DNA of 53,496 nucleotides, taken from positions 1 to 53,496 of the forward strand of contig CAZWTX010000016.1 of the NCBI GenBank assembly GCA_964637135.1. The letters run 5' to 3'. Positions 37,308 through 47,408 of the stretch are shown here, piece after piece. The notes beneath the pieces were generated by a model. It was not told the origin of the DNA, searched no databases, and saw nothing but the letters and a program-made list of their open reading frames with translations. The position numbers and the translations under genes are program-made. The stretch is from an uncultured Methanospirillum sp. (lineage in GTDB: Archaea; Halobacteriota; Methanomicrobia; Methanomicrobiales; Methanospirillaceae). Position 1 is the first letter of the stretch. Every line of letters begins with the position of its first letter.

Positions 37308-37688
37308 TTATCTGCTGATCATCTCAAGTTTGTGTCGTCCTCTCAGGGAGATGACACTGAGCCCTTCTGCTAATAACCGGGTGCGGAGATCACGGTCATT
37401 GGTGACCACGACAGCACCGAGTTTTTTCGCACAGGAGAATATCCGATCGTCTGCCGACGACGGCTCACCGGACGTCTCCACCTGTTCACATTGTGTTGCG
37501 AGTCTGAGTCCGAACCGGGCGGCAGAACCATTTTTCCCGGTCCGTGTCGACAAGCCGGTCAGTTCCTTCATAACCACGTCTGGTACAACTGCCTGGTATG
37601 CGCCGCAGAGCCACCGGAGTTCGTCGTAGAGATTGAGAGTAAACTGGGCTGCCATAAGGAATGCGTTTGTGTCAATGAGGATGATCAC
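37308..37688 (-). CDS. PIN domain protein (Fcf1/Utp24-like)
   Basis: IDTNAF, KEL, ADD and VVTNDRDL motifs; the GTG start overlaps the aIF2-gamma stop (GTGA). Confidence 0.88.
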   Translation of the reverse strand: MIILIDTNAFLMAAQFTLNLYDELRWLCGAYQAVVPDVVMKELTGLSTRTGKNGSAARFGLRLATQCEQVETSGEPSSADDRIFSCAKKLGAVVVTNDRDLRTRLLAEGLSVISLRGRHKLEMISR

Positions 37689-38926
37689 TCGACCAGGGTT
37701 CCCATCCCGATCAGGCGCCATCTCCCTCCTACCTGTCTGCTGATTGCGATTGGTGCCCCGATATCTGCACAAACCGGACGTTTCAGAATCACCTCTACTG
37801 CATCCTTGCGGGTAGACGAAACTACCCCGACGGTAACCGATGTACCAACAGAGAGCATGAGCGGTTCACGCTGCTTTAGTGGTTCGATGTCGACTTCGCT
37901 GTTTGAACCGACGACACGTTCCATCAGCCTGACTGAGAACCACATCTTCTCCCATACCGGCGGTAATTTTCCGACATGACCCAGAACCTGCCCTGAGAGC
38001 ATGTCACTCTTGGTGATGGACGGATCAAGTTTTGTTCCGATGGCAAGGAGCCCTCCCGGTGTGGCAATATGCACTTTCCGGTTTCCTTTATGGATCTCGG
38101 TTACCTTGGTGACAATCGGTTCCCATCTGGTCTTATTTTCTGACTGCGTCTGGATACCCGGGCGAATCTCAATATCATCCCCGTCATTGATGAGTCCTCT
38201 GATGAGGGAACCGCCGACAACACCGCCTTTCACATCCTTCCAGCTGCATCCCGGTTTATTCACATCAAATGAACGGGCGATGAGCATGAGGGGATCTGCA
38301 TCCGGCTCACGGGTTGGTTCTGGAATTATCTCATCAAGTGCCTGAATGAGTGCCCAGAGATTGATGTTCTTCTGGGCGGAGACCGGAATGATCGGGGCGT
38401 TTTCAGCGATTGTTCCTGTTATGAACTTCTTAATCTCTTCGTAATTTCGCAGGGCATCCTTATGGGAAACGACATCGATCTTGTTCTGGACGATCACGAT
38501 CTTTTTGATCCCGACCAGTTCCAGAGCCATCAGATGTTCCTTGGTCTGTGGTTGCGGGCATCGCTCTGACGCAGATATGACCAGCATGGCCCCGTCCATG
38601 AGCGCCGACCCGGAGAGCATCGTCGCCATGAGGGTCTCGTGCCCGGGTGCATCAACAAAGGAGACTGACCGGAACGGTTCAGTTTCACAACTGCACCGCG
38701 GACAGGTTTCAAGGCTTGTATAGCCCTCCGGACCTTTCATGCAGGAACAACGGTAAAACGTCGCATCAGCATATCCAAGCCGGATGGAGATACCCCGTTT
38801 CATCTCCTCGCTATGCCGGTCAGTCCACACGCCGGTCAGAGCATTGACAAGGGTTGTCTTTCCATGATCGACATGACCGACAACCCCGATATTGGTATTT
38901 GGTATAAATTCTTCAGGCACCAGCAA
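37685..38926 (-). CDS. eif2g: Translation initiation factor 2 gamma subunit
   Basis: GHVDHGKT, RGISIRLGY, DAPGHE, QNKID and RWRLIG motifs. Confidence 0.98.
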   Translation of the reverse strand: MLVPEEFIPNTNIGVVGHVDHGKTTLVNALTGVWTDRHSEEMKRGISIRLGYADATFYRCSCMKGPEGYTSLETCPRCSCETEPFRSVSFVDAPGHETLMATMLSGSALMDGAMLVISASERCPQPQTKEHLMALELVGIKKIVIVQNKIDVVSHKDALRNYEEIKKFITGTIAENAPIIPVSAQKNINLWALIQALDEIIPEPTREPDADPLMLIARSFDVNKPGCSWKDVKGGVVGGSLIRGLINDGDDIEIRPGIQTQSENKTRWEPIVTKVTEIHKGNRKVHIATPGGLLAIGTKLDPSITKSDMLSGQVLGHVGKLPPVWEKMWFSVRLMERVVGSNSEVDIEPLKQREPLMLSVGTSVTVGVVSSTRKDAVEVILKRPVCADIGAPIAISRQVGGRWRLIGMGTLVE

Positions 38927-39017
38927 TCGAACCTCCTTACGTATTTGCTCAGATTGCTACTTAATCATGAGCATAAAAGCGACCCGAATAAATCTGTAAA
39001 AAAACTGCCATGCGGGG

Positions 39018-39311
39018 TTATCCCCCGCCGTGACAGGCTCCATCCTGTGAGTTGACCGCTTCCTTGAAACTCTCATCGCCGATACGGGTGCGTTCATACT
39101 CGATCTGCCTGAGGTCTTCATCACGGGAGCGATCCTGATGGTGATGATCCTCCCTGGCGGCAGCCATGAGTTGATCTGCCCGGTACAGTAATCCCGTTCC
39201 TTCGATTTCTGCAAAGAGCATGCCATGCTGCTCTTCGATCCGGGTTACCGCCCCGGTGGTACCGGTACGGGGGTACCTGACATACATTCCGATTTCAATG
39301 GTTTCTCCCAT
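39018..39311 (-). CDS. Conserved methanogen hypothetical protein (DUF2098-like)
   Basis: VRYPRTGTTG N-terminus and ...ACHGGG C-terminus. Confidence 0.75.
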   Translation of the reverse strand: MGETIEIGMYVRYPRTGTTGAVTRIEEQHGMLFAEIEGTGLLYRADQLMAAAREDHHHQDRSRDEDLRQIEYERTRIGDESFKEAVNSQDGACHGGG

Positions 39312-39345
39312 GATCTCACCTGTGTCTGTTGGGTGAAAAAGGTTG

Positions 39346-41898
39346 TTATGAGATGGTTCTTCCCTGCTCTATCTGCTCTTCCGTAACCGTCCAGGTCTTT
39401 CCTGTGGCGGTATTCCGGTACTCACCGGTTTTCACGTCACCAACCGTTGAACCAGTCGGGTATGGCACGGTGAATGACCCGTTGACGCTTTCCTGCCGGT
39501 AAACAAATTCACGGCCGGTATTGGTCGTGACCGGGAGTTCAAGGATGCCCTCCCCGGGAATAACAACTCCCGGGACGTACTCAAAGATCTTCACGTACCT
39601 GATATCCGGGACATCGGGAGGTGAAACCCGTGACGGTGATTCGTGAATCAGGCGGAAATGATGAAGCGCAGGAACAACCAAGACCGGGTCTGTGTACATC
39701 GTGTTGACGAGTGCCTGGGCGTATTCCGGCTGGGTTTCAGGATTAAACGCATTCATCATGGCCATCGCTTCAGAACTGTTTACCTGTGCCCCGTTTACGA
39801 CAAGGGGTACCCCAATTCCCGAATACTGTGGTTTGACATACTGAATGTAATGGACCAGTCCTGGTGTTGTCATTGAGCCGTCAAAGTTGTGTAACCGCGA
39901 GACGATGGTCTTATAGTAGGCATCAGTGAAGAGCGGGTAATTCGTAACACTGTTCGGATTATCCGCGTTTGGAATGGCATAGGTCTGCTGGTACGGGGTA
40001 ACTCCGGTATCCGGATCATCCCAGGTTGCCATGGCCCAGAACTTGCCGGTATCCATCTCGTAGTCGGTGATCACATACCGGGTCTTCAGGGTGTCAAGGA
40101 TACCGGTTGCAACCGATTCATTCTGGGTAACAAAGAACCGGGCAGCACCATAGTCCCCGGCAACGCCATACTGGAACGGATTGGCGTTCGGCATCCGCTT
40201 GGCGAGGTAGAGGATGATATGCCCGTAATCCCACCAGGACATGATTCCGTATGCCTCATCAGGGAGCGTCCAGGTGTTTTTGTCATATACCGCGTAATAA
40301 TCTACCCCGGTATCAGGGGTATTCTTCTCCATCCATGCCGTTGCTTCACGCCAGTCGGGATTGAGGGTAAACGCTCCGAGCGAGAGATCGCGGTCGATTG
40401 CAATCCAGGCAAAGAGTAATCCGCATATGATGACGGCTATCAGAAAGAGCCCGGCAGCACTCTTTTTAACCGGTACGAGGTCATGAACTGGCGAATGGTC
40501 AGTTAATGGTTTCTTTGTATCCTTCCCTTTTTTCCGGATCCGGTCGTGGAGACGTGCTCCTGCCTTCAGGTCCCAGGCAGCATCGATCGCAAAGCTGATG
40601 GTGATACCCCCGAGTATGGAGATCGGGACTGCGAGATAATACTCATAGCGGATATGCTGCCAAGTGGCATACAGGATCATCACCGACCAGATGAGAATGA
40701 ATACCTGTGACGGGCAGAGTTCTTTCCTGAGCCGGTACACCAGAACCGCAATTCCTGCAAAGAAGAGGAGGAGGCCGTACTGGAAGGTATTCCAGGCATC
40801 GGCAAATGACCATTGCCGTGCCTCCTGGATGGTCTTCCAGTGGATATCATCTGCTCCGAAGAAACTGATGGCATTACCAAGGAGGTACTGGTAGAGATCA
40901 GGTAAAACTATGGCAACTACTGCAATTCCCAACAGGGAGACGAGGACCAGGGATCCCACATATGCAAGAAACGGCCTGGATCGGAGGTACCATGAAAATC
41001 CAAAGAGAATGATCGTCCCGATGATCAGCATTCCATAGGCGATCGGATGTCCGATGGTGTAGTAATTCAGTCCTCCTTCGGTTTTTACCCCGATGAGGAA
41101 AAAACCGAGGATAGCAACGAGGAATGTCACCGAATTCAGCACGAGCGCTGACGCCCCGAGATGGCCCGTATACCGCTGTATCATGAACCAGAACGGGGTG
41201 AAAAGCCCGACAAGCAACGCGAAGAGAATCATCGTCGGCATCAGGGCGAGACCGATCACGTAGGTGATTCCACAGAGCAGTCCAAGGAGGGCTGGTTTCT
41301 TCCAGGTCTCCCAATCATCGATCCGCACCGGATACTTACGGCAGTACACGAGTGCAGCGAGGTAACAAAGGCAGAATATCGTGCCAAAGAGCACCTCGCC
41401 GATATGATGGTCCAGGTATCCGTAGTACGAACGGAAGAAGATCTGTCCGGGGGCAATTGCAATGAAGAATGCGGCAAAAATTCCCGCCTTCCAGTCTGCA
41501 ACCTCCCTGACAAGGAGGTATACAACCGGAACCAGCAGGGCTGCCATGAGCGGGGGAATGAAGAGGGTGATGTAGATAATATCAGGCCGCGATGATACAC
41601 CGGTCAGGATGCAGGCAGCGGTACATATCAGGGTGAACAGGGGGCCCCAGTGCATCGGCTGGCCGGCAGGGAAATAGGTCATCGGGTCAAACCAGGCATA
41701 GTTCGGAAAGTTCTGGAGCATCTGCTCGATCTGCCGGAGATGATAGGTTGGATCATCCATTCCGACATTCGAGAGAACATCAGGATTTCCGGAGAACGCA
41801 GGGAGTGTCCTGATGATGAAAGAAAAGACTGCAAAAAGAGCAATCACGACCCAGAGGAGGATGACTCCGGGGACAGTTCGGTTTGATAGGTTGATCAT
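39346..41898 (-). CDS. aglB: Oligosaccharyltransferase AglB (STT3 family)
   Basis: DDPTYH, DHH, TIQE, SWWDYGH and ANPFQ motifs; many TMs. Confidence 0.95.
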   Translation of the reverse strand: MINLSNRTVPGVILLWVVIALFAVFSFIIRTLPAFSGNPDVLSNVGMDDPTYHLRQIEQMLQNFPNYAWFDPMTYFPAGQPMHWGPLFTLICTAACILTGVSSRPDIIYITLFIPPLMAALLVPVVYLLVREVADWKAGIFAAFFIAIAPGQIFFRSYYGYLDHHIGEVLFGTIFCLCYLAALVYCRKYPVRIDDWETWKKPALLGLLCGITYVIGLALMPTMILFALLVGLFTPFWFMIQRYTGHLGASALVLNSVTFLVAILGFFLIGVKTEGGLNYYTIGHPIAYGMLIIGTIILFGFSWYLRSRPFLAYVGSLVLVSLLGIAVVAIVLPDLYQYLLGNAISFFGADDIHWKTIQEARQWSFADAWNTFQYGLLLFFAGIAVLVYRLRKELCPSQVFILIWSVMILYATWQHIRYEYYLAVPISILGGITISFAIDAAWDLKAGARLHDRIRKKGKDTKKPLTDHSPVHDLVPVKKSAAGLFLIAVIICGLLFAWIAIDRDLSLGAFTLNPDWREATAWMEKNTPDTGVDYYAVYDKNTWTLPDEAYGIMSWWDYGHIILYLAKRMPNANPFQYGVAGDYGAARFFVTQNESVATGILDTLKTRYVITDYEMDTGKFWAMATWDDPDTGVTPYQQTYAIPNADNPNSVTNYPLFTDAYYKTIVSRLHNFDGSMTTPGLVHYIQYVKPQYSGIGVPLVVNGAQVNSSEAMAMMNAFNPETQPEYAQALVNTMYTDPVLVVPALHHFRLIHESPSRVSPPDVPDIRYVKIFEYVPGVVIPGEGILELPVTTNTGREFVYRQESVNGSFTVPYPTGSTVGDVKTGEYRNTATGKTWTVTEEQIEQGRTIS

Positions 41899-42250
41899 AC
41901 AATCACTGTGTCTGATGTGAACTCGGCGGGTACGGGTATCTACTATGTATTTGTGACACTCACACAAAAGGATCATTCTTCACTGGAGATATACTGAAAG
42001 AACCGTGAAAGGAGAATGGCGATAGCGGAAGAGTACTCGCGATCAACCGGTATAACCGCTTCGTAAATGACCATTATCGCCATCTTCGAAAAAAAGGGAT
42101 TCTGATATCATTCATCAGGATGTGACAATTTTATCTGCTTTATGGTCTGGAACCGTGGGATGGGGCCGTGAAATGAGGAGTTTTTTCCATAACTTCTCCT
42201 CATCACTCCCCTCATGCTATAGTCATCATTCTACCAGACCGATCAGGGCA

Positions 42251-43330
42251 TTATTCCTCTCGTTCCTGAATAATATCACGGTATTTCCTCATCTGATCCC
42301 TGAACCAGCGGTAATCAAACGTAGAGGCCTGTATAAGGGATGCTGATTCATACCTGCCGGGGTCGGTATCGGCGATGATAATTGCCCGGGCGATTTCTTC
42401 CGGATCCGGAGCAACCAGGTGGCCGGTATGCCCGTCGATCACGGTCTCCAGGTATCCTCCTTCCTTTACCGCAATAACAGGCTTTCCACATGCCATTGCT
42501 TCGACGGGAGTGATCCCGAAGTCTTCATCAATAGCAGTCGTCAGAAATCCACGGCACTGGGAATAGAGGGATAACAACTCCTCATCGGGAACTGATCCAA
42601 GAAACTCAACATTCGGCGGTGCAGTCGATACAACTTTCTGGAATTCCGGGTAGATCCTTCCGGCAATTTTTAGTCGTTTATCGGGGAGTTTCCTGAATGT
42701 CTCTATCTGCAACTCAATCCGCTTCCATTTGTCAACCCTGGTGACCGAGAGCCAGTAGTCTCCATACCCCTTCTGGGTATACAGGTCGGTATGGGTAGGT
42801 GGATAGATGACCACCGCTTCACGCTGGTATGCTTTCCATATCCTGTTCCGTGTATTATGGGCGTTGCAGGCGATATGGCGAACATGCTTTTTGACAAACC
42901 GTTGATCGAGGGATCGGAATATGCCGATCAAAACTTTCCAGATCTGTCTGGTGAAAAGAGGTTTTCCTGCTAGAGTAGGGTAATACATGTCATAAAATGC
43001 ACGTCTTGGGGTATGCATGTAATAGAGGTGAGGAACATCCTTTCGAAGATACCGCATGGCCATATCATCCATGACAATAAAAAAATCATAATCAAGTTTT
43101 AACCGTCTGAAAAGGAGCATTCCGAGTATCTGCCGCAATGGTTCAGACGGGAGTGTTACATCAAGAGAATGAAATCTGATTCCTTTCGCTCTTGGATATA
43201 CTGTAACAAAGGAGGGATCGAGTCTCAGGCAGACAATCGTCGCATCAAGTGCTTCTGCCATATCAATTTCCAGTCGTTCTGCCCCTCCCGGTACAGAATA
43301 TTCATGGCAGGCAAGAATCGCTGTCCGCAT
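42251..43330 (-). CDS. Glycosyltransferase family 4
   Basis: GGAER, HTP and EDFGITPVEAMACGKPVI motifs. Confidence 0.92.
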   Translation of the reverse strand: MRTAILACHEYSVPGGAERLEIDMAEALDATIVCLRLDPSFVTVYPRAKGIRFHSLDVTLPSEPLRQILGMLLFRRLKLDYDFFIVMDDMAMRYLRKDVPHLYYMHTPRRAFYDMYYPTLAGKPLFTRQIWKVLIGIFRSLDQRFVKKHVRHIACNAHNTRNRIWKAYQREAVVIYPPTHTDLYTQKGYGDYWLSVTRVDKWKRIELQIETFRKLPDKRLKIAGRIYPEFQKVVSTAPPNVEFLGSVPDEELLSLYSQCRGFLTTAIDEDFGITPVEAMACGKPVIAVKEGGYLETVIDGHTGHLVAPDPEEIARAIIIADTDPGRYESASLIQASTFDYRWFRDQMRKYRDIIQEREE

Positions 43331-44469
43331 CAGATCTTCTCCGTGACCTGGGCCCAGTCGATGATCCTCTCCGCAATATGATGCCATTGCATCAGTTCAG
43401 GTACCGGGTAGGTAATTTTCATTGTTCCTCCAAGATTCAGGATACTTTGGGAGAGATCCTGTTCCATCCCCGGGTCGACGAAGGTTGTTCCTTCATAGGA
43501 ACCCAGACTCTCCACCAGACCGCCGACGCGGGAGGCGATGATGGGCAGGCCGTATGCAATTCCGATATGCGCAACCCCGCTCTGTGAGGCGCGAAGGTAC
43601 GGGAGGACGAGCATGTCTGCAGCACTGAAAAAGAGGGGAATTTCTTCGTCAGAGATATACCGGTTTACGAGAAGGATCCGGTCCCTGACCGCTGACCGGT
43701 TGATCAGGGCAAGTGACTCCTGATCTTCCCAGGTTTCTCCGGCAATGACAAGGGTCATATCCCTCGCTGCAGGGCCCAGAGCTTCAAATGCACGTATCAA
43801 AACGGCCACTCCCTTGTACGGGCGGATTAATCCGAAAAAGAGGATGACCTTCCCTGCTCTGATTCCTAGTTTTTCTCTCGATTCCTGTGCCGGAAAAACA
43901 GGATACTGGTCATACAGTCCATGGGCAACCACCAGGATCTTTGCGGGATCTATCCGGTACTGAGATGCAATCAATCCCCGGTCATGTTCTGAGTGAACCA
44001 GGTAACGGTCTGCTTTTTTCCTGATTATCAGAGCCATGATCTTTGAATAGAGCCTGATTGGTAGGATCGAATGCTCAAAGGGATCGACAACCTCGTGAAA
44101 CTCGATGATCACCGGGATGTTTCCGCGGTTCAGTACAAGAAGGGCGAGGTACATGTGGGCAACACTGGATGTCCACCATTCCAGGATAATGATGTCTGCA
44201 TTCCGGATCTTCTGATACCCTCCAGCCCAGGATAAGGGATTATACCAGTCAAGAAACTCATGTACCTGAACCCGGGAGGCATAATGCAATGCTGATAATG
44301 CTGATCCGACTCGTTTCCACCCGGGAAAAAGGCGCTTTGGGAGCATATGCCTGAAAAGGAGGGACTCTACCTCCACGCCCGATTCGGAGAGGGCATTTGA
44401 GAGACGGGTCGTATAATAACTGATCCCAGAAAGAAACCGTGGCGAGGGACCGATAATTGCTATCTTCAC
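43330..44469 (-). CDS. Glycosyltransferase family 4
   Basis: FFGLIRPYKG and PYLRASQSGV...YGLPII motifs. Confidence 0.92.
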   Translation of the reverse strand: MKIAIIGPSPRFLSGISYYTTRLSNALSESGVEVESLLFRHMLPKRLFPGWKRVGSALSALHYASRVQVHEFLDWYNPLSWAGGYQKIRNADIIILEWWTSSVAHMYLALLVLNRGNIPVIIEFHEVVDPFEHSILPIRLYSKIMALIIRKKADRYLVHSEHDRGLIASQYRIDPAKILVVAHGLYDQYPVFPAQESREKLGIRAGKVILFFGLIRPYKGVAVLIRAFEALGPAARDMTLVIAGETWEDQESLALINRSAVRDRILLVNRYISDEEIPLFFSAADMLVLPYLRASQSGVAHIGIAYGLPIIASRVGGLVESLGSYEGTTFVDPGMEQDLSQSILNLGGTMKITYPVPELMQWHHIAERIIDWAQVTEKI

Positions 44470-44500
44470 GCATTACCGCCATCTGTCAATATAATCGTTT

Positions 44501-46240
44501 TCATTCAACCGTCACGCTTTTTGCGAGGTTTCTCGGCTTATCGATCTCCCTCTCCAGTCTGACCGCCACATGGTAGGCGAGAAGCTGGAGGATGACCGTA
44601 GCCATCAGTATCCGAAGGTGCAGATCCCCTTTGGGAAGAGGTATGAGACCATCGGCAATCTCTGCCAGTTCCTGATCATCGCCGTCACCGATTGCAAGAA
44701 TGGGCGTGCCCCGTGCCTTCATCTCCTTCAGGTTTGCAAGCATCACCGCATATGCCGGCCCGTCGGTACAGATGGCAATAACCGGGGTATCACCGGATAG
44801 AAGGGCAAAAGGTCCATGTTTAATCTCCCCTGCAGCATACGCCTCCGCATGGATATACGAGATCTCCTTCATCTTCAGGGCACCTTCCATCATAACCGGG
44901 TAAAAAGGCCCTCTCCCGACATAGAAGAGATGTTTCGCATCGGCAATCAGGGAGACTGCCTCATCCATCTCCAGCAGGAGGACCCGTTCGATGGCATGGC
45001 TGGCCTGGGTTAGAATGGTATCACCGGCCCTGCCGGAGAGGAGGTTTGTTATCTGGATCAGCACCCCAAGCTGGGCGATGAATGATTTCGTTGCTGCGAC
45101 GCTGATTTCAGGTCCGGCATGCATGAGGATGGTGTGATCTGCCTCGCGGGTGATGGTACTGTTCAGCACATTTGTGATCGCCACCGTCGGGATACTGGAA
45201 CATCTTCCTTTCCTGATGGCTGCAAGGGTATCGGCGGTCTCCCCGCTCTGGGATATGCCGATGATCACCTCACCGTTCTGAACCGGGGTGTATTTGTACT
45301 CAGATCCTATCTCAACACGCACTGGGATCTGGCAGGCAGGTTCGATCAGGTATCGGAATATGAGGCCTGCATGGTATGAACTCCCACAGGCCACAACGGT
45401 CAGGGAACGGGCTTTTCTGATTACCGACGGAAGGGTTTCATCGGTGAGTGAATGGATTGACCGGTATAGCACTTCCGGCTGTTCATATATCTCCTTCAGC
45501 ATGAAATGGCTGAAACCACCTTTCTGGATGGTATCCGGTGTCCAGTCGATTTCGCAGGTACTCCGTGTAACCTGGTTTTTTCCGGAGAATATGGAGTAGC
45601 CGTCCGGATGTAATTCGGCCACATCCCCATCCTCGAGATATATCACCCGGGAGGTGTATTCCAGGAGCGGAGTGATATCAGAAGAAGCAAAAAATTCCCC
45701 GTCTCCTATCCCGAGAACAAGGGGGCTCTGGTGTCGTGCAGCAACCAGCCGGTGTTCATTCCCCGCAATGACCAGGATGGCATACGACCCCTCAAGAACC
45801 GGGATGATCTCTCTCACCGCTGCGAGTATATCGCCGTTATAGACCTCCTCGATGAGATGGGGAATAACCTCGGTATCGGTTTCAGAAACAAAACGGTGAC
45901 CTCTTTCGATCAGCTCACGGCGGAGCCTTGAGTAGTTTTCGATGATCCCGTTATGAACAACCGCGATCCCTTTTCGGCAATCATGATGGGGATGGGCATT
46001 GATGTCAGACGGGATCCCATGGGTTGCCCATCGCGTATGGCCAATTCCGATATGACCCGGTAGCAGTTCTATTCCGTCAGATATTTCAGAAACCTTACCT
46101 TTTTTCTTGACGATCCTGATTCCGTCTGATATCGTGGCTATCCCATATGAATCGTAGCCCCGGTACTCGAGCTGACGCAGGCCTCCGGTGAGAACGGCTG
46201 CTGCCTCACGATACCCGACGTAACCCACAATCCCACACAC
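44501..46240 (-). CDS. glmS: Glutamine--fructose-6-phosphate aminotransferase
   Basis: N-terminal CGIVG, GHTRWATHG, SQSGETAD and C-terminal PRNLAKSVTVE. Confidence 0.98.
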   Translation of the reverse strand: MCGIVGYVGYREAAAVLTGGLRQLEYRGYDSYGIATISDGIRIVKKKGKVSEISDGIELLPGHIGIGHTRWATHGIPSDINAHPHHDCRKGIAVVHNGIIENYSRLRRELIERGHRFVSETDTEVIPHLIEEVYNGDILAAVREIIPVLEGSYAILVIAGNEHRLVAARHQSPLVLGIGDGEFFASSDITPLLEYTSRVIYLEDGDVAELHPDGYSIFSGKNQVTRSTCEIDWTPDTIQKGGFSHFMLKEIYEQPEVLYRSIHSLTDETLPSVIRKARSLTVVACGSSYHAGLIFRYLIEPACQIPVRVEIGSEYKYTPVQNGEVIIGISQSGETADTLAAIRKGRCSSIPTVAITNVLNSTITREADHTILMHAGPEISVAATKSFIAQLGVLIQITNLLSGRAGDTILTQASHAIERVLLLEMDEAVSLIADAKHLFYVGRGPFYPVMMEGALKMKEISYIHAEAYAAGEIKHGPFALLSGDTPVIAICTDGPAYAVMLANLKEMKARGTPILAIGDGDDQELAEIADGLIPLPKGDLHLRILMATVILQLLAYHVAVRLEREIDKPRNLAKSVTVE

Positions 46241-46241
46241 C

Positions 46242-47408
46242 TCACATCACCCTGGTTCCATCCGGGATGACCTTCGAACGGAGGCGAAGGGTGTTCCGTG
46301 CCTCTATCACGACGTCATTCCCGATGATACTGTTTTCACAGGTGATATGCGGGGATGAAAAGACCCCGTTTCCCATGATAACTCCGCAGGAACCACGGAT
46401 GATCTCGTTACCGATCTCAAGGGGGCCGCTCCCCCCGATGACCACGGTATGCTCACCAAGGGTACACCCTTCGCCGATGACCGCTTGAGATAGTGCCGAA
46501 TGCGAAGCCAGAAAGACGTCATCCATGAGGATGGAGGAGGTGATTGTTGTAAACGGTTCGATGATCACCCGGGAGCCGATACTGCAACCCGGTCCGATAT
46601 GGACGTGAGGCCCGATTTTACAGTTCTCGCCGATGATAACCGGTCCCTGAACCGAGACAAATGGACCGACAATGGTACCTGCACCGATGGAAACCAGACC
46701 GGAAAATACTGCCTGGGTGCTACTAACCCCGGAGCGTACTGGTTGTATCTTCTGGATCAGGCGGGAATTCATGGAAAGAATATCCCAGGGATATATTGCG
46801 TCCTGCCAGTCATGGGCTTCAATCGCGGTGATCCGGTGTCCGTCATCGATCAGTCCGGATATGGCCTCCGTCATCGTCCGTGCGGTGATCTTTGCGAGAA
46901 GGGATGCAGAAAGATGATACACCCCGCAACTGACCGTCATACGGGTTGCATGGGCAGGTTTTTCCTCGATGGAGAGCACCTGGTTGTCCTCAACCGTGAC
47001 CACCCCGAAATTAGATGGGTGTTTATGGGTCGTGATCAGCATAGAATCCGGCTGGCGGGTGATATCACGAATGGAATCAGGATCCAGGTAATTATCGCCG
47101 GGAAGAACAAGGGCAGCATCCCTGATATGATCCATGGCAGAGATGAGGGCATGGGCCGTTCCGAGCTGGGTCTTCTGTTCAACTACCTCAACGGAGACCG
47201 GGAGATGGGAGAGGTGACGCATCACCTGTTCCTTCCGGTATCCGACAACAACCACGATGTCCCGTATACCGGCTTTGACGACCGAATCTATCAGGTGTTC
47301 AAGGATCGGCCGGTTTGCAACCGGGATGAGCGACTTTGGACGGTTCTGGGTCAGGGGCCTGAGCCTGGTTCCTTCCCCCGCAGCAAGGATAACCGCCTGA
47401 AGAGTCAT
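46242..47408 (-). CDS. Sugar-1-phosphate nucleotidylyltransferase/acetyltransferase, GlmU-like paralog
   Basis: LAAGEGTRLRPLT, QLGTAHA and C-terminal hexapeptide repeats. Confidence 0.88.
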   Translation of the reverse strand: MTLQAVILAAGEGTRLRPLTQNRPKSLIPVANRPILEHLIDSVVKAGIRDIVVVVGYRKEQVMRHLSHLPVSVEVVEQKTQLGTAHALISAMDHIRDAALVLPGDNYLDPDSIRDITRQPDSMLITTHKHPSNFGVVTVEDNQVLSIEEKPAHATRMTVSCGVYHLSASLLAKITARTMTEAISGLIDDGHRITAIEAHDWQDAIYPWDILSMNSRLIQKIQPVRSGVSSTQAVFSGLVSIGAGTIVGPFVSVQGPVIIGENCKIGPHVHIGPGCSIGSRVIIEPFTTITSSILMDDVFLASHSALSQAVIGEGCTLGEHTVVIGGSGPLEIGNEIIRGSCGVIMGNGVFSSPHITCENSIIGNDVVIEARNTLRLRSKVIPDGTRVM

